Shown here: positions 39,445 to 48,563 of the stretch, one piece after another | Numbering within the stretch: position 1 is the first letter of the stretch | Layout: each line of letters opens with the position of its first letter | From: Gammaproteobacteria bacterium | GTDB taxonomy: Bacteria > Pseudomonadota > Gammaproteobacteria > GCA-001735895 | DNA length: 64,000 nt | Assembly: GCA_030066085.1 (NCBI GenBank) | Contig: JASJCI010000033.1 | Location: 12,570-76,569 of the forward strand | Direction: 5' to 3' | Notes under the pieces: model-generated | Database searches by the model: none | What the model was told of the DNA's origin: nothing | What the model saw: the letters and a program-made list of their open reading frames with translations, nothing else | Made by a program: the position numbers and the translations under genes

Positions 39445-39833
39445 AGCAGCGTAAAAATTGTACCTTGCGGCGAGTGCCGGTCATCAAACAGGACCGATTC
39501 GCATGACGCAAGACGATTAATGGTGCATCGGCCGCTGCTATGGTTTCTAGCCCTCTGGTTGCGCTTGTCAGTAGGCTCGCTACCGTGGCCGAAGCACCGC
39601 CTAAACCCAGGGGCCCGGCGCAGGCAAGAGTTGCCTCGCGCCGGCAACCGCCCGATCTTCGGATCGCGAGAGCCTCGCGGCCAACCGGAATACGTCTCCG
39701 CCGGTCACCCGCTTCCCGCTCCTCCAGCCGGTAACGCTGCGGCTGGTATCACAGGGGCCGGCGGTAGACGTTCACCCTTCTTCGTGACACCCGCGCACCC
39801 GCTGCCGCAAAAACGGCACGGGCCTCGCGCGCG

Positions 39834-39862
39834 TTGACAGCGCCACCGCCGCGGCGTATTTT
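39834..39862 (+). promoter_or_regulatory. Sigma70 promoter of the antiporter gene
   Basis: TTGACA-N17-TATTTT ending 27 nt before ATG 39890; GGAGA RBS. Confidence 0.55.
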
Positions 39863-39889
39863 CGTCAGGGTCGTGCACGCGGAGACGGC

Positions 39890-42388
39890 ATGCCGGTTTC
39901 CGAAGTCATTTTTGTGCTGGTGGTATTGCTGGGCCTTGCCATGCTGGTCACCGGACTGTGCCGCAAGCTTCCCATCCCCTTCACCGTCGTCCTGGTCGTC
40001 ATCGGCGTGCTGCTGGCCGATCTCGCCGAGCACTGGCCGCTGCTGCAGCCGCTGCAGGATTTCGAACTGCGTCCCGAGGTCATGCTGTTCATCTTCCTGC
40101 CGGCGCTGATCTTCGAGTCCGGCTTCGCGCTCGACGCGCGCCAGCTGACCCGCGACCTGCCGGCAGTGCTGATCCTCGCAATTCCCGCCATGCTGATGTC
40201 GACCTTCATCGTTGGCCTCGGTGTCTGGCTCATGCTGGATACCCGCCTGATCGTGGCGCTGGTGTTTGGTGCGTTGATCTCCGCTACCGATCCGGTAGCC
40301 GTCGTGGCGCTGTTCAAGGAACTGGGGGCGCCGAATCGGCTCAACGTACTGGTCGAAGGCGAATCCCTGCTCAACGACGCCACCGCGATCGTCGCCTTCT
40401 CGATCCTGCTGGCAATCGCGATCGAAGGCAGCGGCATTGGCCCGGGAGATATCGACAGCGTCATCCTCGAATTCCTGCGGGTATTCATCGGCGGTGTCCT
40501 GTTCGGTACGCTGCTCGGTTTTGCCGTGTGCGAAATCCTGCATCGCATCCGCGCCAGCCTGAGCGTGATCCTGACCACGTCGATCCTGACCGCGTACGCC
40601 GCCTTCGTCGGCGGCGAACACCTGCTGCACGTGTCCGGCGTCATGGCGGTTGTCGCCGCTGCCGTCGCGCTGCGCCTGTTCGGCATGTCGCGCATTCGCC
40701 AGGATGCCACGCATTCGATCAGCGAGACCTGGGAAGTGATCGCGCTGTCCTGCAACTCGCTGCTGTTCCTGATGGTGGGGCTGTCGGTGCACACCGATAA
40801 CCTGCTGCAAAGACTCGGACCGGTGGCAATCGTAATAGCACTGGTGCTGACCGCTCGCGCGCTGTCGATTTACACGCTGGTGCCGTTGACCACGCGCTGG
40901 TTCAAGCTGCCGCGGGTAACGCTCGGCGAGCGGCATATCATGTGGTGGGGCGGTCTCAAGGGCGGACTTGCGATTGCCGTGGTGCTATCGATTCCGGCGG
41001 ATCTGCCCGAACGCCAGTTCCTGTTCGACCTGACCATCGGCGTGGTGCTGTTTACGCTGCTGGTCAGCGCGCCGACGATCCGCCCGTTGATGCAGCGTCT
41101 CGGCATGAACGAGTTTTCCCGCGGCGAGGAACTCGAACTGCGCACCGCGCTGATCACTGCTCGCCACAAACTCGAGGCCAACCTGGAGCGCCTGCAAAGC
41201 AGCAAGCTGGCGCCGAAGATCGACGAGCATCGATTTCTGCAGGATATCGAAATCGCGTTCGGCTCGACCTGGTACGACGAAGATACCAGCAGCCGCGAAG
41301 ACGACGAGATAGTCGCCATGCTGCGCGCGCACCACGTCGAGCGCAGTGCGCTGAAGCACCTCTACGAAACCGGTTACATCAGCCAGTACGTTTACCTGGA
41401 CATGCTCAATCGTCTTTACGCTACCCGCGAACAGCTGCGCCAGGCCGAAGAGCCGATCGACAGCCACCGGGAAAGCCGGCAGCAGTCGTTTTTCCAGCGC
41501 ATGGAAAAGCGGCTGCTGCGCTGGATGCGCGAAAGACGCTGGACCTCGACGCTGCTGGCGCGCTTCCAGGGCATGCGCGTGGTGCAGCAGGTACAGCGCA
41601 ACCTGGCGCACGTATTGATGTGCGACGCGGTAATCCTGAACCTCGGCGAGCAAAGCGATCTCGACGACGATGCCCGCGCGCACGCGATCGCGATTTACAA
41701 GGAACGTCGTAAACACTACCGCAAGAACCTGAAAATGGCGCGTGCGCGCTTCCCGGTATTCTACCGTCACTACCTCGAACTGCTGGCGAAACGCTCGACC
41801 ATATACAGCGGCTGGAACCACGTGAAATCGGAATTCGAGCACGGCGATCTCGGCGCCAAGGGTTTTGTCGCGACCCAACGCATGGTTGATGTGAAGGTCG
41901 AGCGCCTGCGCCAGTCCGAGCCGCGCATGGCGCGCGAGGAAAACAGCGTCGCCGACATGATCGAGGACCTGGAGCTGTTCAGCGACCTGTCGGACGATGA
42001 TCGCGCCTGGCTGGAAAAAAGCGCGACATCAATCACCTTCCTGCCGGGTGATACGATCATGGGCGCCTACCAGTCCGGCGATACCTTCTACGTCCTGATC
42101 GTCGGTGATGCCGAGGTCTGGCGCACTGACGCGCTGAGCTATCCGCACCACGTCGCCGACCTCACCGACGGGGACATCATCGGCGAATCCGCGCTCCTGG
42201 CCGAGCTCGAGCGTGGGCGCCACATCCGTTCGGCGACGATCAAGGCGGTCAGCGCCTGCATCCTGTTGCGTATTTCGATGCGTTCGATGTTGCGACTGCT
42301 GGAAAAGTACCCCGGCATACGCGACCGCATGCAGCAGATCCACGACGACCGCGGTGCCGACCAGGCACCGAAGATTACCGACGATTGA
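39890..42388 (+). CDS. CPA1 Na+/H+ antiporter with C-terminal cyclic-nucleotide-binding domain
   Basis: FLPALIFESG, ISATDPVAV, EGESLLNDATAIV, WGGLKGGL; C-terminal CNBD with IGESALL...RSATIKA. Confidence 0.9.
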   Translation: MPVSEVIFVLVVLLGLAMLVTGLCRKLPIPFTVVLVVIGVLLADLAEHWPLLQPLQDFELRPEVMLFIFLPALIFESGFALDARQLTRDLPAVLILAIPAMLMSTFIVGLGVWLMLDTRLIVALVFGALISATDPVAVVALFKELGAPNRLNVLVEGESLLNDATAIVAFSILLAIAIEGSGIGPGDIDSVILEFLRVFIGGVLFGTLLGFAVCEILHRIRASLSVILTTSILTAYAAFVGGEHLLHVSGVMAVVAAAVALRLFGMSRIRQDATHSISETWEVIALSCNSLLFLMVGLSVHTDNLLQRLGPVAIVIALVLTARALSIYTLVPLTTRWFKLPRVTLGERHIMWWGGLKGGLAIAVVLSIPADLPERQFLFDLTIGVVLFTLLVSAPTIRPLMQRLGMNEFSRGEELELRTALITARHKLEANLERLQSSKLAPKIDEHRFLQDIEIAFGSTWYDEDTSSREDDEIVAMLRAHHVERSALKHLYETGYISQYVYLDMLNRLYATREQLRQAEEPIDSHRESRQQSFFQRMEKRLLRWMRERRWTSTLLARFQGMRVVQQVQRNLAHVLMCDAVILNLGEQSDLDDDARAHAIAIYKERRKHYRKNLKMARARFPVFYRHYLELLAKRSTIYSGWNHVKSEFEHGDLGAKGFVATQRMVDVKVERLRQSEPRMAREENSVADMIEDLELFSDLSDDDRAWLEKSATSITFLPGDTIMGAYQSGDTFYVLIVGDAEVWRTDALSYPHHVADLTDGDIIGESALLAELERGRHIRSATIKAVSACILLRISMRSMLRLLEKYPGIRDRMQQIHDDRGADQAPKITDD

Positions 42389-42484
42389 GGCGATCGAGGC
42401 CGGGCATCATTCCGCGTCGCAGGAAACCAGTCGCCAGCAGTCGAACAGCCACGGCGGCTGGATATTCGTGCCGCTCATCGCGGG

Positions 42485-43240
42485 TCAGGAGCGCAGGTAG
42501 GAGGCGCCGTTGACGTCGACGATACAACCGGTCATGAACGGCGGCGCTTCGAGGGCGAGAAAACCGATGGCCTTCGCCACCTCTTGCGGCTGCGCCACGC
42601 GGTTCATGCTGCTCTGCGCGCGAATCTCGACGCCGACGGCTGATGCCAACCGCTCGGCGGCCATTTCGGTTTCGACAAAACCCGGCGCGACGGTATAGAC
42701 GTAAACCCCGTCGGGCCCCAGCGCCTGCGCCAGCGACTGCCCCATCGCGTTCATGCCGGCCTTGGAGGCGCCGTACCACGGCATCAGCGGTTCGCCGCGA
42801 AACGCGCCGCGCGAGGAGACGTTGACGATGCGTCCGCCGCCGCGCGCGACCATTTTCTTCGCCGCGCAAAAACTCAGGTTGCCGGCCGCGGTCAGGTTGG
42901 TGTCGACGATACGCCGCCACGCGCTCTGCCAGGTCGCGTAATCGAGTTCGGCAAACTCATGGCGCTCGGATACACCCGCGTTGTTGACCAGTACGTCGAG
43001 ACCGCCGAGCTCCTCGTCAGCGCGTTCGATCAAATTTTCCGCCGCGCGCGGATCGACGATATCGCACTGGTAAAGTTGATGGCCGTCGCCGGGCAGGGCC
43101 GCGAGGGTTGCTTCGGCGCGCTCACGATGATCGCGGTAATGCACGCCGATGCGCGCGCCACGTGCGGCGCATTCGATGGCCGCCGCACGGCCGATGCCGC
43201 CCGACGCGCCGGTAATCAGAATCGCGGATGAATCCGTCAT
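42485..43240 (-). CDS. Short-chain dehydrogenase/reductase
   Basis: TGASGGIG, LVNNAG, YGASK and PGFVET motifs. Confidence 0.9.
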   Translation of the reverse strand: MTDSSAILITGASGGIGRAAAIECAARGARIGVHYRDHRERAEATLAALPGDGHQLYQCDIVDPRAAENLIERADEELGGLDVLVNNAGVSERHEFAELDYATWQSAWRRIVDTNLTAAGNLSFCAAKKMVARGGGRIVNVSSRGAFRGEPLMPWYGASKAGMNAMGQSLAQALGPDGVYVYTVAPGFVETEMAAERLASAVGVEIRAQSSMNRVAQPQEVAKAIGFLALEAPPFMTGCIVDVNGASYLRS

Positions 43241-43357
43241 TAGTCCCCCCTTGTTATTATCGCCGGCTTGCCCGGCGCTTACCGGTAAAAGATTTTCGCC
43301 AGGCCGGCAGCCGTCGTTATCATACAGCGGCGCGGGGGATTCGGAAATCGATCGCTT

Positions 43358-44542
43358 TCAACCCGTCGCGGCGATTTCGCCCAGGGCTTCGACGAAGCGT
43401 TCGATTTGATCGTCGCTGTTGAAGTAGTGTACCGAGGAGCGCACCAGGTTCGGCAGCCCGCGCCGGGTGGCGTCGATCAGCGTACTGCTCGGCCCCGACA
43501 CGCTGGTATGAATGCGCTTTTGTCGCAGGCAATCACTGATTGCGTAAGCGTCGATGCCTGCGACCGAGAAGGTCACGATACCGCAACGTCGGCGGCCGAT
43601 ATCCTGTACGCTGACGCGCTCGATGCCGGAGAGACGCTCGCGCAACACGGCCGCGAGCCGCGTGACTTCGGCCTCGATCGCGGGCAATCCCAGCGCCAGT
43701 GCATAATCCACCGCCGCGCCGAGACCCAGCTTGGCGGCATAGTTGTTTTCCCAGTTTTCGAAACGACGCGCGTCGGCGCGCAGTTCGTAACTGTCGGGAC
43801 CGGTCCAGGTGGCGCTGAACAGGTCGACCACCGGCGGATGTAAATCGGCCAGCGCGCTGCGGCGGACGTAGAGAAAACCGCTGCCGCGCGGGCCGCGCAG
43901 GTATTTCCGTCCGGTGGCGCTCAGCGCATCACACTGAATTCTGTCGACATCGAGATCGATCTGCCCCGCGGACTGGCAGGCATCGACGAGATAGAAAATG
44001 CCATGTTCACGCGCGACCGCGCCGATCTCCTCGACCGGGTTGACCAGCCCACCGTTGGTCGGCACGTGGGTTATTGCGATCAGCTTCACCCGTGTATCGA
44101 TCATGCCGCGCAGCGCATCCACGTCGACCTCGCCCTCCGCGGTGGACGGAATGGTTTCGACCACGACATCCCGCTGTTTTGCCAGCTGCAGGTACGCGAG
44201 GTAGTTGGAGGCGTATTCCGCCTCGGCGGTCAGGATCCGGTCGCCGGGTTCGAACGGCAGCGCGTAAAACGCCATCATCCAGCCGACGGTGGCATTTTCG
44301 ACCACCGCTACCTCGTCGCGCTGGCAGTTGACCAGGCGCGCGATCGAGTCGTAGACCGACTCGATCGCCGACTGCCGCTCTGCTTCCGCCCGGTAGCCGC
44401 CAAGCTCGGCTTCGAGCTGCAAATGCGCGAGCTGCGCATCGAGCACCGGCCTCGGCATCAGCGACGCACCGGCATTGTCGAAATGAATCAGGTCCGGATC
44501 CGCCACCAGGTCGGCAGCAATGGCCTGCTTGTCGAGAGTCAT
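43358..44542 (-). CDS. PLP-dependent class V aminotransferase, EgtE-like C-S lyase
   Basis: HFDNAGASLMP, EAELGGY, VDACQSAGQ, SATGRKYLRGPRG (PLP Lys); lacks the cysteine-desulfurase catalytic Cys motif. Confidence 0.8.
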   Translation of the reverse strand: MTLDKQAIAADLVADPDLIHFDNAGASLMPRPVLDAQLAHLQLEAELGGYRAEAERQSAIESVYDSIARLVNCQRDEVAVVENATVGWMMAFYALPFEPGDRILTAEAEYASNYLAYLQLAKQRDVVVETIPSTAEGEVDVDALRGMIDTRVKLIAITHVPTNGGLVNPVEEIGAVAREHGIFYLVDACQSAGQIDLDVDRIQCDALSATGRKYLRGPRGSGFLYVRRSALADLHPPVVDLFSATWTGPDSYELRADARRFENWENNYAAKLGLGAAVDYALALGLPAIEAEVTRLAAVLRERLSGIERVSVQDIGRRRCGIVTFSVAGIDAYAISDCLRQKRIHTSVSGPSSTLIDATRRGLPNLVRSSVHYFNSDDQIERFVEALGEIAATG

Positions 44543-44554
44543 CGGGTTTACTCC

Positions 44555-45706
44555 TCAATCCTCGATTTTGCCGTCTGCCGGTTCGAGTCCGCGCGGGATG
44601 TTTTTTTCCGCGTCGTAAAACGGCAGTGCCTGCAGCTCGATCGTACAGCGGTTGCCCTCGCGATCGATCGCGTGCAGATCCTCGGCCCGCATGTGTTCGG
44701 CGGAGTCGAAACGCACGAAACCGATACTGTGCCCGAAATACGGGGAGTGGTCGAAGGCCGTGACCCGGCCCACGGCGTTGTCGCCGCGGTACACGATCGA
44801 ACCCGAACGGGGATTGCCGTCGCGACAATGAAATCCGGTCAGGCGCGCCTCGCGCGGCGCATCGAGCAGCGCATCGCGGCCGACAAAATCGTGGCCGTCG
44901 AGATCGACGAAAGCGCCGAGGCCGGCGTCGAACGGGGTCATGCTCCAGTCGATGTCGGTGGGATAGTTCAGGATACCGGCCTCGATGCGACGCACGTTCA
45001 TCGACAACTGGCCACTGGCGCGCATGCCGAACTCGGCGCCCGCCGCCAGCAGGTGATCCCACAGTGCGCCGCCGTCGACCGCGGGGTCCAGGTTGTAGAT
45101 CTCGACCCCCAGTTCCGCGGTCCAGCCGGTACGGCTGACCAGCACCGGTTGCCCGCCCATGCGGCCCTCGAACACATCGAAGTAGCGAAACTCCGCCGGC
45201 GGCGGCTCGTCACAGGCGCGGGCCAGCACGTCGAGCGATCTCGGGCCCTGCACCTGCAGCACCCACGACTGCGGGTCGCGAATCTCGACCCGGTAGTCCA
45301 GCGCCAGCGCACTCAGCCAGGTGAACACGTCGGCATCGGCATGCACGTACCAGAAACGTTCCTCGGCCAGGCGAAACAGGATACCGTCGCAGACCAGGCC
45401 ACCGCCCTTGTGGCACAGCAAACCGTAGCTGCCGCGGCCGACCCGCAGGCGGTCGACCGGCCGCGTCAGCGCGCGGTTCAGGAATTCGATCGCATCCGGC
45501 CCGCTGATTTCGACCGGTCTTTCCGGCACATCGTAGAGGCCGACCTGCTTGCGCAGGCACCAGTATTCTTCCTCGGTCGCGCCGACGATATTCATTAGCA
45601 CCAGCCGCCCGGCATATTCACCATAGAACGCTTTTTCGTTCCAGGTCTTGTCAAACCAGGGAGAACGGGCGCAGGGGCTGTAGATGCGGGGATTCGAACG
45701 CGACAT
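44555..45706 (-). CDS. GcvT-family THF-dependent demethylase, DmdA-like
   Basis: EEEYW.L, ERPVEISGPDA, LQVQGPRS, SRTGWTAELGVEIY, RRIEAGIL and LPFYD motifs; no GcvH/GcvP nearby. Confidence 0.8.
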   Translation of the reverse strand: MSRSNPRIYSPCARSPWFDKTWNEKAFYGEYAGRLVLMNIVGATEEEYWCLRKQVGLYDVPERPVEISGPDAIEFLNRALTRPVDRLRVGRGSYGLLCHKGGGLVCDGILFRLAEERFWYVHADADVFTWLSALALDYRVEIRDPQSWVLQVQGPRSLDVLARACDEPPPAEFRYFDVFEGRMGGQPVLVSRTGWTAELGVEIYNLDPAVDGGALWDHLLAAGAEFGMRASGQLSMNVRRIEAGILNYPTDIDWSMTPFDAGLGAFVDLDGHDFVGRDALLDAPREARLTGFHCRDGNPRSGSIVYRGDNAVGRVTAFDHSPYFGHSIGFVRFDSAEHMRAEDLHAIDREGNRCTIELQALPFYDAEKNIPRGLEPADGKIED

Positions 45707-45778
45707 GACAGGACTCTCGTTAAAGCTGTGATGGAACCGTGGCCGGGTTATTTAACGCAAAGCCGCGTTCGGAAGCAA

Positions 45779-46420
45779 TCAGCAAATACGCCGCAGCAGC
45801 CAGTAATGACCGTTACCGTCGTGGTTATAGGGTGCATCCATCAGCGCCTCGACCACCTCGATACGACCGGCGTCTGTCTCGGCCTGCAGCACCGATGCAA
45901 AATCACTTTCGTCGTAATAGTGGGTACGCACCGATACCAGCAGCCAGCCACGCGGTCGCACGATTGCCGCCAGCACCCGCAGGGCTTCCGGCGGCACATG
46001 TCCGAGGGTAAACACGCCGACCGACAGCACGCCGTCGTAACTCGCATCGGCGTAAGTCTCGCGCGCGCGCATCATGTCGATATCGCCCAGGACTTCACGA
46101 TAGGCGCCGGTTGCACGCGCGCGTTCAGCCATGGGTTCGGACAGGTCGAACCCATCGACCCGTTCGAAGCCGAGCGGCTGCAGCGCGACGCCGACCTGGC
46201 CGGTGCCGCAGCCCGCGTCGAGCAGGGTCAATTGCCGCGCGCTGACATGCCGCGCCAGCAGGTCGGCGGCGATACGCGGCCCGCTGTAGGCCGAAGCCGC
46301 GGTATCGCGATCGTAAGTGTCCGCCCAGTCGCGGTAATACTTGCTGACGTTTTGCGGATCGCCGTCCAGCTTGAGGGCGCCGTCGATCTGCGGATTGGAG
46401 GATAGCTTGTCGCCTGCCAT
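45779..46420 (-). CDS. Class I SAM methyltransferase (METTL27/WBSCR27-like)
   Basis: YYRDWADTYD, LLDAGCGTGQVG, DGFDLS..M and VGVFTLGHV motifs; start MAGDK at 46420. Confidence 0.8.
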   Translation of the reverse strand: MAGDKLSSNPQIDGALKLDGDPQNVSKYYRDWADTYDRDTAASAYSGPRIAADLLARHVSARQLTLLDAGCGTGQVGVALQPLGFERVDGFDLSEPMAERARATGAYREVLGDIDMMRARETYADASYDGVLSVGVFTLGHVPPEALRVLAAIVRPRGWLLVSVRTHYYDESDFASVLQAETDAGRIEVVEALMDAPYNHDGNGHYWLLRRIC

Positions 46421-46511
46421 GGGCGCAGCATACCATCGCCCGTGCCGCATTGCCCGCGCTGTCAGCCTGCTGCTAATATCGACCCGGTTCCGTCGCAACC
46501 CGGAAGGCCCG

Positions 46512-48554
46512 ATGTCCGCCAATGATCCGCTGCTGCAACCGTTCAAGCTGAAACAGCTGACGCTCAAGAACCGGCTCATGACCACCTCGCACGAGCCGGC
46601 CTACACCGAGGACGGCATGCCGAAGGCGCGCTATCGCCTCTACCACGAAGCCCGCGCGAGGGCCGGCGTCGCGATGACGATGACCGCCGGTTCGGCGCTG
46701 GTATCGCGCGACAGCCCCCCGGCTTTCGGCAACATTCTCGCCTACCGCGAGGAGGTGGTGCCGTGGATGCGCGAGCTGGCCGATGCCTGCCATACCCATG
46801 ACTGCAGGATCATGATTCAGCTCACGCACCTCGGCCGGCGCGCGCACTGGAACCATTCGGACTGGTTGCCGACCGTATCGCCATCGGGCGTGCGCGAACC
46901 GGCCCACCGGGCGTTTCCGAAGATCATCGAGGACTGGGATATCCGCCGAATCGTGGAGGATTACGGTATAGCCGCGGCGCACATGGAAGCCGGCGGACTC
47001 GACGGTATCGAGCTGCAGTGTTACGGCCACCTTCTCGACCAGTTCTGGTCGCCGGTCACCAACTTTCGCGACGACGAATGGGGCGGCGATCTCGACCACC
47101 GCCTGCGTTTCACGCACCTCGTGCTCGACTCGATCCGCGCCCGGGTTTCACCCGATTTCATCGTTGGCCTGCGCCTGGTGGTCGACGAGCAGATGGAAAA
47201 CGGCATAACGCGCGAGGTTGGCCTCGAGATCGCGCGCCGCATGACCGCCACCGGCCAGGTCGATTTTCTCAACGTCATCCGCGGTCACATCGATACCGAT
47301 GCCGCACTCACCGACGTGATCCCGGTGCAGGGCATGCGCTCGTCGCCACACCTGGATTTTGCCGGCGAGGTTCGCGCGGACACCGGCTTTGCCGTCTTCC
47401 ACGCGGCGCGCATCGCCGACGTGGCAACCGCGCGTCACGCGGTCGCGAGCGGCAAGCTGGACATGGTCGGCATGACGCGCGCGCATATCGCCGATCCCGA
47501 GATCGTGCACAAGATCGCCGAGGGCCGCGAGGCCGATATCCGCCCCTGCGTCGGCGCGACCTACTGCCTCGACCGCATCTACCTCGCCGGCGAAGCGCTG
47601 TGCATCCACAACCCGGCAAGCGGGCGCGAGCAAAGCATGCCACACCGCATCGAGCGCAGCAGCGGGCAAGCGCGCAAGCTCGTCGTGGTCGGCGCCGGAC
47701 CGGCCGGACTCGAGGCCGCGCGTGTCGGCGCCGAACGCGGGCACGAGGTCGTACTGTTCGAAGCCACGCCCGCGGCCGGGGGCCAGGTCCGCCTGGCCGC
47801 GCAATCACCGCATCGCCGCGACATGATCGGCATCGTCGACTGGCGCGTCGAGCAGTGCGAACGCGCCGGCGTGAAATTTCGCTTCAATACCTATGCCGAA
47901 GCCGAGGAGGTACTGCAGGAAAATCCGGACATCGTGATCATCGCCACCGGCGGCATCCCGGATACCGATATTCTCAAGGCGGGTAACGAACTCGTGGTTT
48001 CGGCCTGGGATGTCATCGCCGGCATCGAACCCCCCGGGCAAAACGTGCTGCTGTACGACGACGGCGCCGATCACCCCGGCATGATGGCGGCGGACGTCAT
48101 TGCCGCGAGCGGCGCACAGCTGGAATACGTCACGCCCGAGCGCCAGATCGCTCCCGATATCGGCGGCCTGAACATTACTCCTTACATGCGCCGCCTGCTG
48201 CCGCGCGACGTGCGTTTCACGCTGTGCCGGCGCGCGCTGCTGGCCGAGCCCGACGGCGACAGGATTCGCGTTACCCTGGGCAGCGACTACGGTGATTTTG
48301 CGGCCGAACGAATCGTCGATCAGCTCGTGGTCGAGCACGGCACGCTGCCGCTGGACGAAGTGTATTTCGCGCTCAAAGCGCTTTCGTCGAACCTCGGCGA
48401 AGTCGACTACGATGCGTTGATCGCCGGTAAACCACAGGCCCTGGCGACAAATCCGCAGGGACATTTCCAGCTGTTCCGTATCGGCGACGCGGTATCGTCG
48501 CGCAATATCCACGCCGCGATCTACGACGCGCTCAGGCTGGTGAAGGAGTTCTAG
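46512..48554 (+). CDS. stcD: N-methylproline demethylase-like NADH:flavin oxidoreductase (OYE + Fe-S + FAD)
   Basis: DPLLQP..LK.LTL.NR, HEPAY.EDGMPK, MTMTAGSA.VS.DSPP, QLTHLGRR, CVGATYCLDRIY...CIHNP, GAGPAGLEAAR; matches S. meliloti StcD as I recall it. Confidence 0.82.
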   Translation: MSANDPLLQPFKLKQLTLKNRLMTTSHEPAYTEDGMPKARYRLYHEARARAGVAMTMTAGSALVSRDSPPAFGNILAYREEVVPWMRELADACHTHDCRIMIQLTHLGRRAHWNHSDWLPTVSPSGVREPAHRAFPKIIEDWDIRRIVEDYGIAAAHMEAGGLDGIELQCYGHLLDQFWSPVTNFRDDEWGGDLDHRLRFTHLVLDSIRARVSPDFIVGLRLVVDEQMENGITREVGLEIARRMTATGQVDFLNVIRGHIDTDAALTDVIPVQGMRSSPHLDFAGEVRADTGFAVFHAARIADVATARHAVASGKLDMVGMTRAHIADPEIVHKIAEGREADIRPCVGATYCLDRIYLAGEALCIHNPASGREQSMPHRIERSSGQARKLVVVGAGPAGLEAARVGAERGHEVVLFEATPAAGGQVRLAAQSPHRRDMIGIVDWRVEQCERAGVKFRFNTYAEAEEVLQENPDIVIIATGGIPDTDILKAGNELVVSAWDVIAGIEPPGQNVLLYDDGADHPGMMAADVIAASGAQLEYVTPERQIAPDIGGLNITPYMRRLLPRDVRFTLCRRALLAEPDGDRIRVTLGSDYGDFAAERIVDQLVVEHGTLPLDEVYFALKALSSNLGEVDYDALIAGKPQALATNPQGHFQLFRIGDAVSSRNIHAAIYDALRLVKEF

Positions 48555-48563
48555 CGCGCCTCG

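Noticed and set aside
39690-39730. GCGGGAAGCGGGTGA on the minus strand resembling a cobalamin riboswitch
   Set aside because: The following CCCCCGC.ACTGT and GCCACTG elements are absent, and no minus-strand gene follows.
39520-39837. 105-aa ORF MVHRPLLWFL...
   Set aside because: No RBS, Pro/Arg/Gly-rich and atypical codon usage; treated as non-coding.
43358-44542. Cysteine desulfurase or ergothioneine biosynthesis
   Set aside because: No catalytic Cys loop, and no suf/isc or egt genes nearby.
44555-45706. True dmdA or gcvT
   Set aside because: The N-terminal motifs diverge from DmdA as I recall it and there is no dmdBCD or gcvHP context; only a family-level call is supported.
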